Notes: generated by a model not told the origin, from the sequence alone. A stretch of DNA of 64,000 bases from Escherichia coli (GCF_003334255.1 NZ_QOWU01000002.1), one strand, 5' to 3'; positions 12,720 through 29,552 are shown, counted from the stretch's first letter. Made by a program: numbers and translations.

Positions 12720-14270
12720 GTGAGAACACGACATCTGGTCGGCCTTATTTCGGGAGTACTGATTCTTTCAGTATTGCTGCCTGTCGGCTTAAGCATCTGG
12801 CTGGCCCATCAGCAGGTAGAAACATCGTTTATTGAAGAGCTGGATACCTATTCCTCCCGCGTCGCTATTCGAGCCAATAAGGTGGCGACACAAGGGAAAG
12901 ATGCGCTGCAGGAGCTGGAAAGATGGCAAGGCGCTGCCTGTAGCGAAGCCCATCTCATGGAAATGCGTCGGGTATCTTACAGTTATCGCTATATTCAGGA
13001 AGTGGCTTATATCGATAACAACGTTCCCCAGTGTTCGTCTCTGGAGCATGAAAGTCCGCCCGATACCTTCCCCGAGCCAGGTAAAATTTCGAAAGATGGT
13101 TATCGTGTCTGGTTAACATCGCATAACGATTTAGGCATTATCCGTTACATGGTCGCCATGGGAACGGCACATTATGTCGTCATGATCGACCCCGCTTCCT
13201 TTATTGATGTCATTCCCTATAGCTCATGGCAAATTGATGCCGCCATTATTGGCAATGCCCATAACGTTGTCATAACCAGCAGCGATGAAATTGCTCAGGG
13301 AATTATTACCAGGCTACAAAAAACACCCGGTGAGCATATCGAAAATAATGGAATCATTTACGATATCCTGCCCTTACCGGAGATGAATATTTCGATCATC
13401 ACATGGGCTTCAACGAAAATGTTGCAGAAAGGCTGGCATCGGCAAGTCTTTATTTGGTTACCGCTCGGGTTGGTGATTGGCCTGCTGGCAGCGATGTTTG
13501 TGCTGCGTATTTTGCGCCGTATTCAGTCACCGCATCATCGGCTGCAGGATGCTATCGAAAATCGTGATATTTGCGTGCACTATCAGCCGATTGTCTCCTT
13601 AGCCAATGGCAAAATTGTCGGTGCTGAGGCACTGGCGCGCTGGCCGCAGACAGACGGTAGTTGGTTGTCACCAGATAGTTTTATTCCGCTGGCACAGCAA
13701 ACGGGCCTTTCTGAGCCATTGACGCTACTGATTATAAGAAGCGTCTTTGAAGATATGGGCGACTGGCTGCGTCAGCATCCACAGCAGCATATTTCGATCA
13801 ATCTTGAATCCCCCGTGCTCACCTCGGAAAAAATCCCGCAATTGCTGCGTGACATGATCAATCACTATCAGGTTAATCCCAGACAGATCGCGCTTGAACT
13901 CACTGAACGCGAGTTTGCCGATCCGAAAACCAGCGCCCCGATAATTTCTCGCTACCGGGAGGCGGGCCATGAAATTTATCTTGATGATTTTGGTACGGGG
14001 TATTCAAGTTTAAGTTATTTACAGGATCTGGATGTCGACATTCTGAAGATCGATAAATCTTTCGTTGATGCGCTGGAATATAAAAATGTCACGCCGCATA
14101 TCATCGAAATGGCAAAAACACTGAAACTGAAAATGGTAGCGGAGGGAATCGAAACCAGTAAACAAGAAGAGTGGTTACGCCAGCATGGCGTGCACTACGG
14201 TCAGGGCTGGCTCTACAGCAAGGCATTACCGAAAGAAGATTTCTTACGCTGGGCCGAGCAACATTTGTGA
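12720..14270 (+). CDS. pdeB: c-di-GMP phosphodiesterase PdeB (YlaB), CSS-motif sensor with EAL domain
   Basis: Two N-terminal TM segments, periplasmic region and C-terminal EAL domain; GTG 12720 gives the 516-aa form, alternative ATG at 12714. Confidence 0.88.
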   Translation: MRTRHLVGLISGVLILSVLLPVGLSIWLAHQQVETSFIEELDTYSSRVAIRANKVATQGKDALQELERWQGAACSEAHLMEMRRVSYSYRYIQEVAYIDNNVPQCSSLEHESPPDTFPEPGKISKDGYRVWLTSHNDLGIIRYMVAMGTAHYVVMIDPASFIDVIPYSSWQIDAAIIGNAHNVVITSSDEIAQGIITRLQKTPGEHIENNGIIYDILPLPEMNISIITWASTKMLQKGWHRQVFIWLPLGLVIGLLAAMFVLRILRRIQSPHHRLQDAIENRDICVHYQPIVSLANGKIVGAEALARWPQTDGSWLSPDSFIPLAQQTGLSEPLTLLIIRSVFEDMGDWLRQHPQQHISINLESPVLTSEKIPQLLRDMINHYQVNPRQIALELTEREFADPKTSAPIISRYREAGHEIYLDDFGTGYSSLSYLQDLDVDILKIDKSFVDALEYKNVTPHIIEMAKTLKLKMVAEGIETSKQEEWLRQHGVHYGQGWLYSKALPKEDFLRWAEQHL

Positions 14271-14311
14271 ATTTTTGGGCTGACGGCACGCCGCACAGCC
14301 CGTCACGCTAC

Positions 14312-14665
14312 CTATTCGTCGATGATTGACTCGAATCCGCCATAGATCATTCGCTTGCCGTCAAACGGCATGGACTCGCCGAACTCTTTCATCCGTGGGT
14401 CCGACATCATCTTTTGATTAGCAGCGTCGCGGACCTCTTTTGAAGGGTATTCAATCCAGCTAAAGACAACCTCTTCATTCTCTTCCGCTTTCACCGCCAT
14501 ACGAAAATCGGTCACTTTGCCATCCGGTACATCGCTGGCCCAGCATTCGACAATACGAAGCGCGCCAAACTCTTTAAACAATGGCGCAGCCTTAGCGGCC
14601 ATTTCCCGATAGGCATCCTTTTTATCGGCAGGAACGGCAACCACAAAACCATCAACATACTTCAT
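14312..14665 (-). CDS. ybaA: DUF1428 protein YbaA
   Basis: 117-aa ORF; translation matches YbaA. Confidence 0.9.
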   Translation of the reverse strand: MKYVDGFVVAVPADKKDAYREMAAKAAPLFKEFGALRIVECWASDVPDGKVTDFRMAVKAEENEEVVFSWIEYPSKEVRDAANQKMMSDPRMKEFGESMPFDGKRMIYGGFESIIDE

Positions 14666-14775
14666 CAGACATACCTCCGAAGCGTACTGCGCAGCCAGAC
14701 AATTCTTGCGACGTCAGTTGTGGTTAAAGTTTAGCCATGTTGGGATTTTTTGACGAAACGGTGGGAGGCAGAAAT

Positions 14776-14889
14776 GGGTGGGGGCCCTGCCAGCTACATC
14801 CCGGCACACGCGTCATCTGCCTTGGCTGCTTCCTTCCGGACCTGACCTGGTAAACAGAGTAGCGTTGCGGGAGAACCAACAGAGCCCCC
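14776..14889 (-). ncRNA. ffs: 4.5S RNA, signal recognition particle RNA
   Basis: Minus strand reads GGGGGCTCTGTTGGTTCTCCCGCAACGC...GGCAGGGCCCCCACCC, 114 nt, matching E. coli 4.5S RNA including the conserved GGAA loop region. Confidence 0.95.
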
Positions 14890-14965
14890 ATTGAGAGCGT
14901 TGAGAACCAACGCGCAGGCGCATTATCACTGCTGCCCCGGCTAATTGCAACCCATCGCGTGCCAG

Positions 14966-15355
14966 ATGCTGGTTTCTTGCGCAATGCGACTTCACTCGGG
15001 CGTTTTTCCAGATTATGCTGAAAAATTACCTCAGGAAGAAAAGATGGAAAAAGAAGATTCATTTCCCCAACGCGTCTGGCAAATCGTCGCCGCTATTCCC
15101 GAAGGCTATGTCACCACTTACGGTGATGTGGCGAAACTGGCGGGATCGCCCCGCGCCGCGCGCCAGGTGGGCGGTGTGTTAAAGCGTCTCCCTGAAGGCA
15201 GCACCTTACCCTGGCACCGGGTGGTTAATCGCCACGGCACAATTTCGCTAACCGGACCGGATTTACAGCGTCAGCGACAGGCATTACTGGCAGAAGGTGT
15301 GATGGTATCGGGAAGCGGGCAAATCGACTTGCAGCGTTATCGCTGGAACTACTAA
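14966..15355 (+). CDS. atl: DNA base-flipping protein Atl (YbaZ), alkyltransferase-like
   Basis: 129-aa protein starting MLVSCAM; ORF track extends 7 codons upstream. Confidence 0.88.
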   Translation: MLVSCAMRLHSGVFPDYAEKLPQEEKMEKEDSFPQRVWQIVAAIPEGYVTTYGDVAKLAGSPRAARQVGGVLKRLPEGSTLPWHRVVNRHGTISLTGPDLQRQRQALLAEGVMVSGSGQIDLQRYRWNY

Positions 15356-15385
15356 CCCTCTCCGGGCGGAGAGGGTTAACGTCGC

Positions 15386-15958
15386 TTAATATTGCGTAGG
15401 AGCTGGAACTGCCGAAGACGGATTCACCTGAGTTGGTGAAGTCGAAGGTACGGTAGTCGTTGCGCCACCGCTGGCCTGAACCGGCACGGCGGTTTGCTGT
15501 ACCGGCACCAATGTCAGGTCGGCTTTAGTTCCGCCCTGGTTGATCACCGGCTGAACGGTATCGGTGATAAATACCAGTTTGTCATTCACGGTAATCGCCG
15601 CACTCAACAGAATACGCGCGTTCGGCTGAACATCTGCCGGGTTAAATGGCAGAACAAAGCTGAATGGTGACTGTTTACCTTCAGTACGCACCGCTTTCTG
15701 CGCCAGCACTTTTGACGGTGCATCGGCTAACGACGCGTCAGAAAGTGTCACGGTCAGCACAGCATCAGGCGGCAGTGCGACTTTCTGACGGATCCAGACG
15801 GTACCGGAGACATTCGGTTGCTGGATAGCTGGTTGTTGTGTTGCTGAAATAGACGTATTTGCAGCCGGTGCTGGCGTCTGAATATCCGCGCTTTTATCTG
15901 CGCAAGCCGCCAACGCAATCGCAACCGCTAAACCACTGGCCATGTGCACGAGTTTCAT
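15386..15958 (-). CDS. ybaY: Lipoprotein YbaY
   Basis: 190-aa ORF with lipoprotein signal peptide (LAACA); matches YbaY. Confidence 0.9.
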   Translation of the reverse strand: MKLVHMASGLAVAIALAACADKSADIQTPAPAANTSISATQQPAIQQPNVSGTVWIRQKVALPPDAVLTVTLSDASLADAPSKVLAQKAVRTEGKQSPFSFVLPFNPADVQPNARILLSAAITVNDKLVFITDTVQPVINQGGTKADLTLVPVQQTAVPVQASGGATTTVPSTSPTQVNPSSAVPAPTQY

Positions 15959-16175
15959 TCATTTCTCCTTATTATCAATGCACCAGCGGGCTAACTTTCC
16001 TCGCCGGAAGAGTGGTTAACAAAATAGTAACGTCAACAAGTGTGGCACACATCACGCATTTCTGCCTGTAATTAGCCCGTAATTCAGACCATTGCACCCA
16101 TCGGACCAGTAGCAAATTTGCGTTATACTCAACTCACTTTGGCTTGCTGCGGCAGCTTTGTTACTGGAGAGTTAT

Positions 16176-17036
16176 ATGAGTCAGGCGCTAAAAAATTTAC
16201 TGACATTGTTAAATCTGGAAAAAATTGAGGAAGGACTCTTTCGCGGCCAGAGTGAAGATTTAGGTTTACGCCAGGTGTTTGGCGGCCAGGTCGTGGGTCA
16301 GGCCTTGTATGCTGCAAAAGAGACCGTCCCTGAAGAGCGGCTGGTACATTCGTTTCACAGCTACTTTCTTCGCCCTGGCGATAGTAAGAAGCCGATTATT
16401 TATGATGTCGAAACGCTGCGTGACGGTAACAGCTTCAGCGCCCGCCGGGTTGCTGCTATTCAAAACGGCAAACCGATTTTTTATATGACTGCCTCTTTCC
16501 AGGCACCAGAAGCGGGTTTCGAACATCAAAAAACAATGCCGTCCGCGCCAGCGCCTGATGGCCTACCTTCGGAAACGCAAATCGCCCAATCGCTGGCGCA
16601 CCTGCTGCCGCCAGTGCTGAAAGATAAATTCATCTGCGATCGTCCGCTGGAAGTCCGTCCGGTGGAGTTTCATAACCCACTGAAAGGTCACGTCGCAGAA
16701 CCACATCGTCAGGTGTGGATCCGCGCAAATGGTAGCGTGCCGGATGACCTGCGCGTTCATCAGTATCTGCTCGGTTACGCTTCTGATCTTAACTTCCTGC
16801 CGGTAGCTCTACAGCCGCACGGCATCGGTTTTCTCGAACCGGGGATTCAGATTGCCACCATTGACCATTCCATGTGGTTCCATCGCCCGTTTAATTTGAA
16901 TGAATGGCTGCTGTATAGCGTGGAGAGCACCTCGGCGTCCAGCGCACGTGGCTTTGTGCGCGGTGAGTTTTATACCCAAGACGGCGTACTGGTTGCCTCG
17001 ACCGTTCAGGAAGGGGTGATGCGTAATCACAATTAA
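16176..17036 (+). CDS. tesB: Acyl-CoA thioesterase II
   Basis: 286-aa protein starting [16 protein letters not shown]; matches TesB. Confidence 0.93.
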
Positions 17037-17043
17037 AAAAATA

Positions 17044-17076
17044 GCCGGAGGTGAAAACCGTCCGGCTGTTTTTTGC
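17044..17076. terminator. Bidirectional intrinsic terminator between convergent tesB and amtB
   Basis: Hairpin GCCGGAGGTGAAAACCGTCCGGC flanked by an A-run upstream and T-run downstream, so it reads as hairpin plus U-tract on both strands. Confidence 0.75.
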
Positions 17077-17084
17077 AGTGCTTG

Positions 17085-18371
17085 TTACGCGTTATAGGCA
17101 TTCTCGCCGTGGCTGTTGACATCCAGCCCTTCTCGCTCCTGCTCTTCCGGTACACGCAGACCAACCGTCAGATCCGCCAATTTGTAGCCGATAAATGCCA
17201 CAACACCGGACCAGACGATCGTAATGGCGATGCTTTCCAGCTGTACCAGCAACTGATGGCCCATCGTCACACCTTCAGCGAAGCCCACGCCGCCCAGCGA
17301 GCTGGCGGCAAAAATCCCGGTCATGATACAGCCGACAATGCCACAAACGCCGTGCACACCGAAGACATCGCAGGGATCATCCACCCGCAGCAAGCGTTTG
17401 AGCATGGTAACGCCCCACAAGCCCGCCAGACCAGCTACCACGCCGATAATCAACGCGCCGCCAACCCCAATGTAGCCGCAGGCTGGCGTCACGCCGACCA
17501 GACCGGCAATCGCGCCAGAACACGCCCCCAGCAGTGAAGGCTTACCACGCAGCGCCCATTCACCGAAGATCCAGCCAAGAATTGCCGCCGCCGTTGCGAC
17601 CACAGTATTCACAAATGCCAGTGCCGCGATTTCATTCGCCGTGCCCGCTGACCCGGCGTTAAAGCCAAACCAACCGATATAGAGAATGGCAGTCCCGGTG
17701 AAGACCATCGGCAGGTTGTGCGGTTTAAACGCCTCTTTACCGAAGCCCACGCGTTTTCCTATCAGATACGCGCCCACCAGACCGGCGATTGCGGCGTTAA
17801 TGTGCACCACGGTGCCACCCGCGAAATCCAGCGCACCGTGAGAAGCCAGCAAACCACCGCCCCACACCATATGCGCAATCGGAATGTAAGAGAGCGTCAG
17901 CCATACCACCACGAAAATCAACACAGCTGAGAAGCGGATTCGTTCCGCCAGCGCCCCAACTATCAAGCCGACGGTAATGCAGGCAAACGATCCCTGAAAC
18001 GCCACGTGGATATACTGATAAATGCTGCCCATCACCGCCGTCAGTTCGATGTTTTTCAGCATCAACCAGTTAATGTTGCCGAAGAAGTTGTTGCCCTCAC
18101 CAAACGCCAGCGAGTAACCGTAAACCACCCAGAGAATACAGACCAGTGCAAATGTCACCGTCACCTGCGTCAGCATCGACAGCACGTTTTTGCCGCGAAT
18201 CAACCCACCGTAAAACAGGGCAATCCCCGGAATAGTCATAAACAGCACCAGCGCAGTACAAATCATCATAAACGCATTGTCGGCTTTATCGGCCACCGCA
18301 GGTGCAGCCATTACCAGTCCCGGAAGCATCGCCAGTGAAGCAAGCCCAGTTTTTATCGTCGCTATCTTCAT
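17085..18371 (-). CDS. amtB: Ammonium transporter AmtB
   Basis: 428-aa ORF; polytopic membrane protein matching AmtB. Confidence 0.95.
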   Translation of the reverse strand: MKIATIKTGLASLAMLPGLVMAAPAVADKADNAFMMICTALVLFMTIPGIALFYGGLIRGKNVLSMLTQVTVTFALVCILWVVYGYSLAFGEGNNFFGNINWLMLKNIELTAVMGSIYQYIHVAFQGSFACITVGLIVGALAERIRFSAVLIFVVVWLTLSYIPIAHMVWGGGLLASHGALDFAGGTVVHINAAIAGLVGAYLIGKRVGFGKEAFKPHNLPMVFTGTAILYIGWFGFNAGSAGTANEIAALAFVNTVVATAAAILGWIFGEWALRGKPSLLGACSGAIAGLVGVTPACGYIGVGGALIIGVVAGLAGLWGVTMLKRLLRVDDPCDVFGVHGVCGIVGCIMTGIFAASSLGGVGFAEGVTMGHQLLVQLESIAITIVWSGVVAFIGYKLADLTVGLRVPEEQEREGLDVNSHGENAYNA

Positions 18372-18400
18372 TTTTCGTTCCTGTTGCTGTGTGCCAGAGA

Positions 18401-18739
18401 TTACAGCGCCGCTTCGTCGGCTTCGCCGGTACGAATACGAATGACGCGTTGCAATTCAGCGACGAAGATTTTGCCGTCGCCAATTTTTCCGGTGTAAGCC
18501 GCCTTACTGACGATATCGATCACTTCATCGAGTTGGTCATCAGCAATCGCCACATCAATTTTTACTTTTGGCAGGAAATTGACGCTGTATTCCGCCCCCC
18601 GGTACAGCTCGGCATGCCCTTTCTGACGCCCGAAACCTTTCACTTCGGTGACGGTCAGGCCCTGAATACCAATGGAAGATAACGCTTCACGAACGTCTTC
18701 CAGCTTGAATGGTTTGATTATCACGGTCACCAGCTTCAT
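18401..18739 (-). CDS. glnK: Nitrogen regulatory protein P-II 2 (GlnK)
   Basis: 112-aa protein MKLVTVIIKPFKLEDVREAL...; ORF track extends 46 codons upstream; start fits the sigma-54 promoter position. Confidence 0.93.
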   Translation of the reverse strand: MKLVTVIIKPFKLEDVREALSSIGIQGLTVTEVKGFGRQKGHAELYRGAEYSVNFLPKVKIDVAIADDQLDEVIDIVSKAAYTGKIGDGKIFVAELQRVIRIRTGEADEAAL

Positions 18740-18790
18740 AGATCCCCTCCGGTCAGAATTCGGTAATGGTTCTGCTACACGAAGAAGGTA

Positions 18791-18808
18791 TTGCAAGCGG
18801 TGTGCCAG
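18791..18808 (-). promoter_or_regulatory. Sigma-54 (-24/-12) promoter of glnK-amtB
   Basis: Minus strand reads CTGGCACACCGCTTGCAAT, matching TGGCAC-N5-TTGCA, about 50 nt upstream of the glnK ATG. Confidence 0.8.
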
Positions 18809-18860
18809 AAATGAAAAACGAGAAAGAGAGCAGGAAGTTAAGAAGTTTGAAAATGAAAAC

Positions 18861-18877
18861 GCACTATGACAGTGCAC
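18861..18877. promoter_or_regulatory. NtrC-like binding palindrome upstream of the glnK promoter
   Basis: GCACTATGACAGTGCA has GCAC/GTGC half-sites at consensus NtrC spacing, about 60 bp upstream of the -24 element. Confidence 0.55.
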
Positions 18878-18919
18878 AGTGCGTTACATTTTTGCACCAA
18901 CGATGAAATATTGCGCTAT

Positions 18920-22466
<3,547 letters not shown>

Positions 22467-22495
22467 GCGTTGTGTCCTGACCTGATTCTGGATAT

Positions 22496-22954
22496 TTATT
22501 CGATGGGTAAAGAAGTGGTGTATTTAATCTGTTCCATCGCGAAGCTGGAAGTGACGTCCGACAGCCCCGGCACGCTGTTTACCAGACGCTTATAAAACTC
22601 GTCGTAGCGTTTCATGTCGGCAACCTGGACGCGCATCAGATAATCGTATTCACCAGCCATGCGCCAGAACCCCAGCACTTCTGGCATTTCGGTAACCACC
22701 GTGACAAAGCGGCAATACCATTCGCTGCTGTGATGTTGCGTTTTTATCAGCACAAAAGCGGTCAGGCCGAGGCCTATTTTTTCCGGATCCAGCAGGGCGA
22801 CTTTGCCGATAAGGATACCGTCGTCCTCCAGCCGTTTCAGGCGCTTCCAGCAAGGGGTGGTTGTCAGATTAACGGCTTCAGCCAGTGCCTGCAAAGAGAG
22901 GGTGCAATCCTGCTGCAGTAAGGCCAGCAGCTTACGGTCAATTTTATCTAACAT
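22496..22954 (-). CDS. decR: Lrp/AsnC-family regulator DecR (YbaO)
   Basis: 152-aa protein starting [16 protein letters not shown]; ORF track extends 76 codons upstream. Confidence 0.88.
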
Positions 22955-23106
22955 AGCCCTTCCACAGAGAATTTTTTTCTCTTTTAATTTTATTTTAAAG
23001 GTGAAATCACGACAATTTATTCTGTGCGGTTTAAACACCACGGCACAAAATGACAAATTCAACGCAAAAAAAACCGGGCAATTGCCCGGTGCTGGAAGGG
23101 ATCTCG

Positions 23107-23925
23107 TTATTCGGGGGAATAAGGTAGATGTGGATAGTCCAGCCAGTGCGTCAAATAGTGAGAGACAGCCTGATTTCGGCAATGTCCAATCACCGGTAAA
23201 TGCGGGAGCTCCGCGCGCAGTTGCGGCATCGCATTGCCCATAATAAATCCGCTACCGACGCTGACTAACATTTCGCGATCGTTCATCGCATCACCAAAGG
23301 CCATGCAATCGCGCAACGATAAACCTAAATGTTGGGTCAGCACCGTCAATGCAGCGCCTTTATTGCAGCCCACCGGCAGCACTTCGAGGCAATCCGTGGC
23401 GGAAAAACACAAATGTGCACGCTCGCCTAATGCTTCGTATAGCTGGATCTGCAAGCGTGTAAGATCGTCGTGATCGCCACAGAAGCAGATCTTGGTGACG
23501 CTGCCGAGTGGCATTTTTTTGACATCGATTATCTGATAACGAAAACCGCTATAGACAAATGCCTGCAACAACGCAGGGATCTCTTTCCCGGTAAACCAAC
23601 CGTCGTCATTGAAGATATGCATGCTGGCTCGGGTATCCCATTGCTGATACAGCACCAGCTCCGCGACATCCGCAGGTAAATCATCACGATGTAAAAGTTC
23701 ACCTTCCAGAGAATGCACGCGCGTTCCGTTGCCGGTAATCAAATACGCATCCAGCGATAGCGCCCCGAGAATATGCTGCATCTCCAGCGCATGACGCCCC
23801 GTGGCAAAAGTGAGGGTAATGTCGCGTTCACGCAGTCGCGCCAAAGTAGAGAGGGTTTTCTCACCTAAATGATGGTCAGGCATCAATAAAGTGCCATCCA
23901 TATCAAATGCTGCCAGACGAGCCAT
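23107..23925 (-). CDS. cof: HMP-PP phosphatase Cof (HAD superfamily)
   Basis: 272-aa protein starting [14 protein letters not shown] with HAD motif I DxDGT. Confidence 0.9.
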
Positions 23926-24024
23926 TTCTTTCTCCACTCTGTGACACGGTTAATGGTGATTGAGTATCACCTGATATATACGGAAGTAATAGTGAATAGT
24001 TAAATAATATTGTTCCGGGTTTAT

Positions 24025-25725
24025 ATGCGATTGCTCAACCGTCTTAACCAGTATCAACGTCTGTGGCAACCTTCCGCCGGAAAGCCGCAAACCGTCACCG
24101 TCAGCGAACTGGCCGAACGCTGTTTTTGCAGCGAACGCCATGTTCGTACGCTGTTGCGTCAGGCACAGGAGGCGGGATGGCTGGAGTGGCAGGCGCAGTC
24201 AGGACGCGGAAAGCGCGGACAATTACGCTTTCTGGTCACGCCGGAATCGCTACGCAATGCGATGATGGAACAGGCACTGGAAACCGGAAAGCAGCAAGAT
24301 GTGCTGGAGCTGGCGCAACTGGCCCCAGGTGAGCTGCGCACTCTGTTACAGCCGTTTATGGGCGGACAATGGCAAAACGATACACCCACGTTGCGTATTC
24401 CCTACTATCGCCCGCTCGAACCGCTACAACCAGGCTTTTTGCCCGGCCGTGCCGAGCAGCATCTCGCCGGGCAGATATTTTCCGGCCTGACCCGCTTCGA
24501 TAATAATACTCAGCGCCCGATTGGCGATTTAGCGCATCACTGGGAAACCTCTACTGACGGGTTACGCTGGGACTTTTATCTTCGTTCAACCCTACACTGG
24601 CATAACGGCGATGCAGTAAAAGCCTCACACTTACACCAGCGATTATTGATGCTGTTACAACTGCCAGCACTGGATCAATTATTTATTAGCGTGAAGCGTA
24701 TTGAAGTCACCCATCCGCAGTGTCTGACCTTCTTTTTACATCGCCCTGATTACTGGCTTGCGCACCGGCTGGCGAGCTATTGCAGCCATCTGGCGCATCC
24801 GCAATTCCCACTGATCGGCACGGGTCCTTTTCGCTTAACACAATTCACAGCAGAGCTGGTGCGCCTGGAAAGCCATGATTATTACCATTTACGTCATCCG
24901 CTGCTTAAAGCGGTTGAGTACTGGATAACTCCGCCGCTTTTCGAAAAAGATTTGGGAACCAGTTGTCGGCATCCCGTGCAAATCACCATCGGCAAACCGG
25001 AGGAGCTGCAACGGGTCAGCCAGGTCAGTAGCGGCATCAGTTTAGGTTTTTGCTATTTGACGTTGCGCAAAAGTCCCCGACTCTCCCTCTGGCAGGCGCG
25101 AAAAGTGATCTCCATTATTCATCAATCCGGTTTATTACAAACGTTAGAAGTCGGAGAAAACCTGATCACCGCCAGTCATGCATTACTGCCAGGCTGGACT
25201 ATTCCGCATTGGCAGGTACCGGATGAAGTCAAACTACCGAAAACCTTGACGCTGGTTTATCACCTACCGATAGAACTTCATACCATGGCAGAACGCCTAC
25301 AGGCGACACTGGCAGCGGAAGGCTGTGAACTCACAATTATTTTTCATAACGCAAAAAACTGGGACGACACGACCCTACAGGCACACGCAGACCTCATGAT
25401 GGGCGACAGATTAATTGGCGAAGCACCGGAATATACTCTGGAGCAATGGCTGCGCTGCGATCCGCTGTGGCCACATGTTTTCGACGCTCCAGCATACGCA
25501 CATCTACAATCGACACTGGATGCCGTGCAAATAATGCCTGATGAAGAAAACCGATTTAATGCCCTGAAAGCGGTTTTTAGCCAGTTAATGACAGATGCGA
25601 CGCTGACGCCGCTGTTCAACTATCACTATCGCATTAGTGCCCCTCCCGGCGTGAACGGTGTGCGACTGACACCGCGCGGCTGGTTTGAATTTACCGAAGC
25701 CTGGCTTCCCGCGCCATCGCAATGA
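24025..25725 (+). CDS. ybaE: Uncharacterized protein YbaE (solute-binding-protein-like)
   Basis: 566-aa protein starting MRLLNRLNQYQRL; ORF track extends 5 codons upstream. Confidence 0.85.
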   Translation: MRLLNRLNQYQRLWQPSAGKPQTVTVSELAERCFCSERHVRTLLRQAQEAGWLEWQAQSGRGKRGQLRFLVTPESLRNAMMEQALETGKQQDVLELAQLAPGELRTLLQPFMGGQWQNDTPTLRIPYYRPLEPLQPGFLPGRAEQHLAGQIFSGLTRFDNNTQRPIGDLAHHWETSTDGLRWDFYLRSTLHWHNGDAVKASHLHQRLLMLLQLPALDQLFISVKRIEVTHPQCLTFFLHRPDYWLAHRLASYCSHLAHPQFPLIGTGPFRLTQFTAELVRLESHDYYHLRHPLLKAVEYWITPPLFEKDLGTSCRHPVQITIGKPEELQRVSQVSSGISLGFCYLTLRKSPRLSLWQARKVISIIHQSGLLQTLEVGENLITASHALLPGWTIPHWQVPDEVKLPKTLTLVYHLPIELHTMAERLQATLAAEGCELTIIFHNAKNWDDTTLQAHADLMMGDRLIGEAPEYTLEQWLRCDPLWPHVFDAPAYAHLQSTLDAVQIMPDEENRFNALKAVFSQLMTDATLTPLFNYHYRISAPPGVNGVRLTPRGWFEFTEAWLPAPSQ

Positions 25726-25789
25726 ATAGCTGGTCCGGGTTAATCGCAGGCGTTACCATAACGCTTTTATTGTTCAAGCAGGATTATCT

Positions 25790-26485
25790 ATGAAACGTGC
25801 TGTCGTTGTGTTCAGTGGAGGTCAGGATTCCACCACCTGTCTGGTGCAGGCATTACAACAATATGATGAAGTCCATTGCGTGACGTTCGATTACGGTCAG
25901 CGGCATCGCGCAGAAATCGACGTGGCACGCGAACTGGCGCTGAAACTGGGGGCACGCGCGCATAAGGTGCTGGATGTCACCCTGCTCAACGAGCTGGCGG
26001 TCAGTAGCCTGACGCGTGACAGCATTCCGGTGCCTGATTATGAACCTGAAGCCGATGGTATCCCGAATACGTTTGTCCCAGGGCGTAATATTTTGTTCCT
26101 GACGCTGGCGGCAATATATGCGTATCAGGTAAAAGCAGAAGCCGTAATTACTGGCGTCTGCGAAACGGATTTCTCCGGCTACCCGGATTGCCGCGATGAG
26201 TTTGTGAAAGCACTAAACCATGCCGTCAGTTTGGGCATGGCGAAAGATATTCGTTTTGAAACGCCGCTGATGTGGATTGATAAAGCGGAAACCTGGGCGC
26301 TGGCAGATTATTACGGCAAACTGGATTTAGTCCGTAACGAAACGTTGACCTGCTATAACGGCTTTAAAGGCGACGGTTGCGGTCATTGTGCGGCATGTAA
26401 TTTACGCGCCAACGGTTTGAATCATTATCTGGCCGATAAACCGACGGTGATGGCAGCGATGAAGCAGAAAACCGGGTTGAGGTAA
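25790..26485 (+). CDS. queC: 7-cyano-7-deazaguanine synthase QueC
   Basis: 231-aa ORF; PP-loop SGGQDS and C-terminal Cys cluster CxxC; matches QueC. Confidence 0.93.
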   Translation: MKRAVVVFSGGQDSTTCLVQALQQYDEVHCVTFDYGQRHRAEIDVARELALKLGARAHKVLDVTLLNELAVSSLTRDSIPVPDYEPEADGIPNTFVPGRNILFLTLAAIYAYQVKAEAVITGVCETDFSGYPDCRDEFVKALNHAVSLGMAKDIRFETPLMWIDKAETWALADYYGKLDLVRNETLTCYNGFKGDGCGHCAACNLRANGLNHYLADKPTVMAAMKQKTGLR

Positions 26486-26499
26486 TTATTCCGGGTGTC

Positions 26500-26526
26500 G
26501 CCGGATGCGGCTTGAGCATCCGGCAC
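26500..26526. repeat. REP-like palindrome between convergent queC and fadM
   Basis: GCCGGATGCGGCTTGAGCATCCGGCAC inverted repeat; may act as a bidirectional transcript-end hairpin. Confidence 0.65.
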
Positions 26527-26536
26527 CACAAAACGT

Positions 26537-26935
26537 TTACTTAACCATCTGCTCCAGCTTTTCGCGCAATTCCCCTTCCAGAGCTAATGCTTTCTGCGTT
26601 TTAAGATCAATACAAACAAACGTAATAAGCGCATCCGCTACCACCTGCCCTTCCGGCTCCAGTGTAATGACCTGGCTTAAGATGCCGCTTTTACCGTTTA
26701 ATTGCTGCAACTGACTGGTAATAGTTAACAGGTCACTTAATACCGCTGGGCGACGATAGTTAATATTGATATTGACCACGACGAAGGCGATGTTATGGGC
26801 CGTCATCCACTGAAAACTGTCGCTATTTTCCAACCCATCCCAGCGGGCTTCTTCGAGAAATTCAAGGTAGCGGGCGTTGTTGACGTGCTGGTAAACGTCG
26901 AGATGATATCCACGAACTTTGATTTGTGTTTGCAT
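26537..26935 (-). CDS. fadM: Long-chain acyl-CoA thioesterase FadM (YbaW)
   Basis: 132-aa ORF; hotdog-fold thioesterase; matches FadM. Confidence 0.9.
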   Translation of the reverse strand: MQTQIKVRGYHLDVYQHVNNARYLEFLEEARWDGLENSDSFQWMTAHNIAFVVVNININYRRPAVLSDLLTITSQLQQLNGKSGILSQVITLEPEGQVVADALITFVCIDLKTQKALALEGELREKLEQMVK

Positions 26936-26976
26936 AGCGCAATAACCTTACGTTGTTGTTATAAGTACAGAGGTCA

Positions 26977-29422
<2,446 letters not shown>

Positions 29423-29552
29423 GGTGTAACAACACTCCGCTGTAGATGACTGTGTACCTCACGCAACGTATCGATGCGCGCAAAGGCCTATTGTGACAAG
29501 AAACGGGGGCAATTGTCAGCCCACAAGACGCAGAAAGTCACCGAATACAAAT

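Noticed and set aside
12714-12722. Alternative ATG start for pdeB (ylaB) two codons upstream of the GTG
   Set aside because: placeholder
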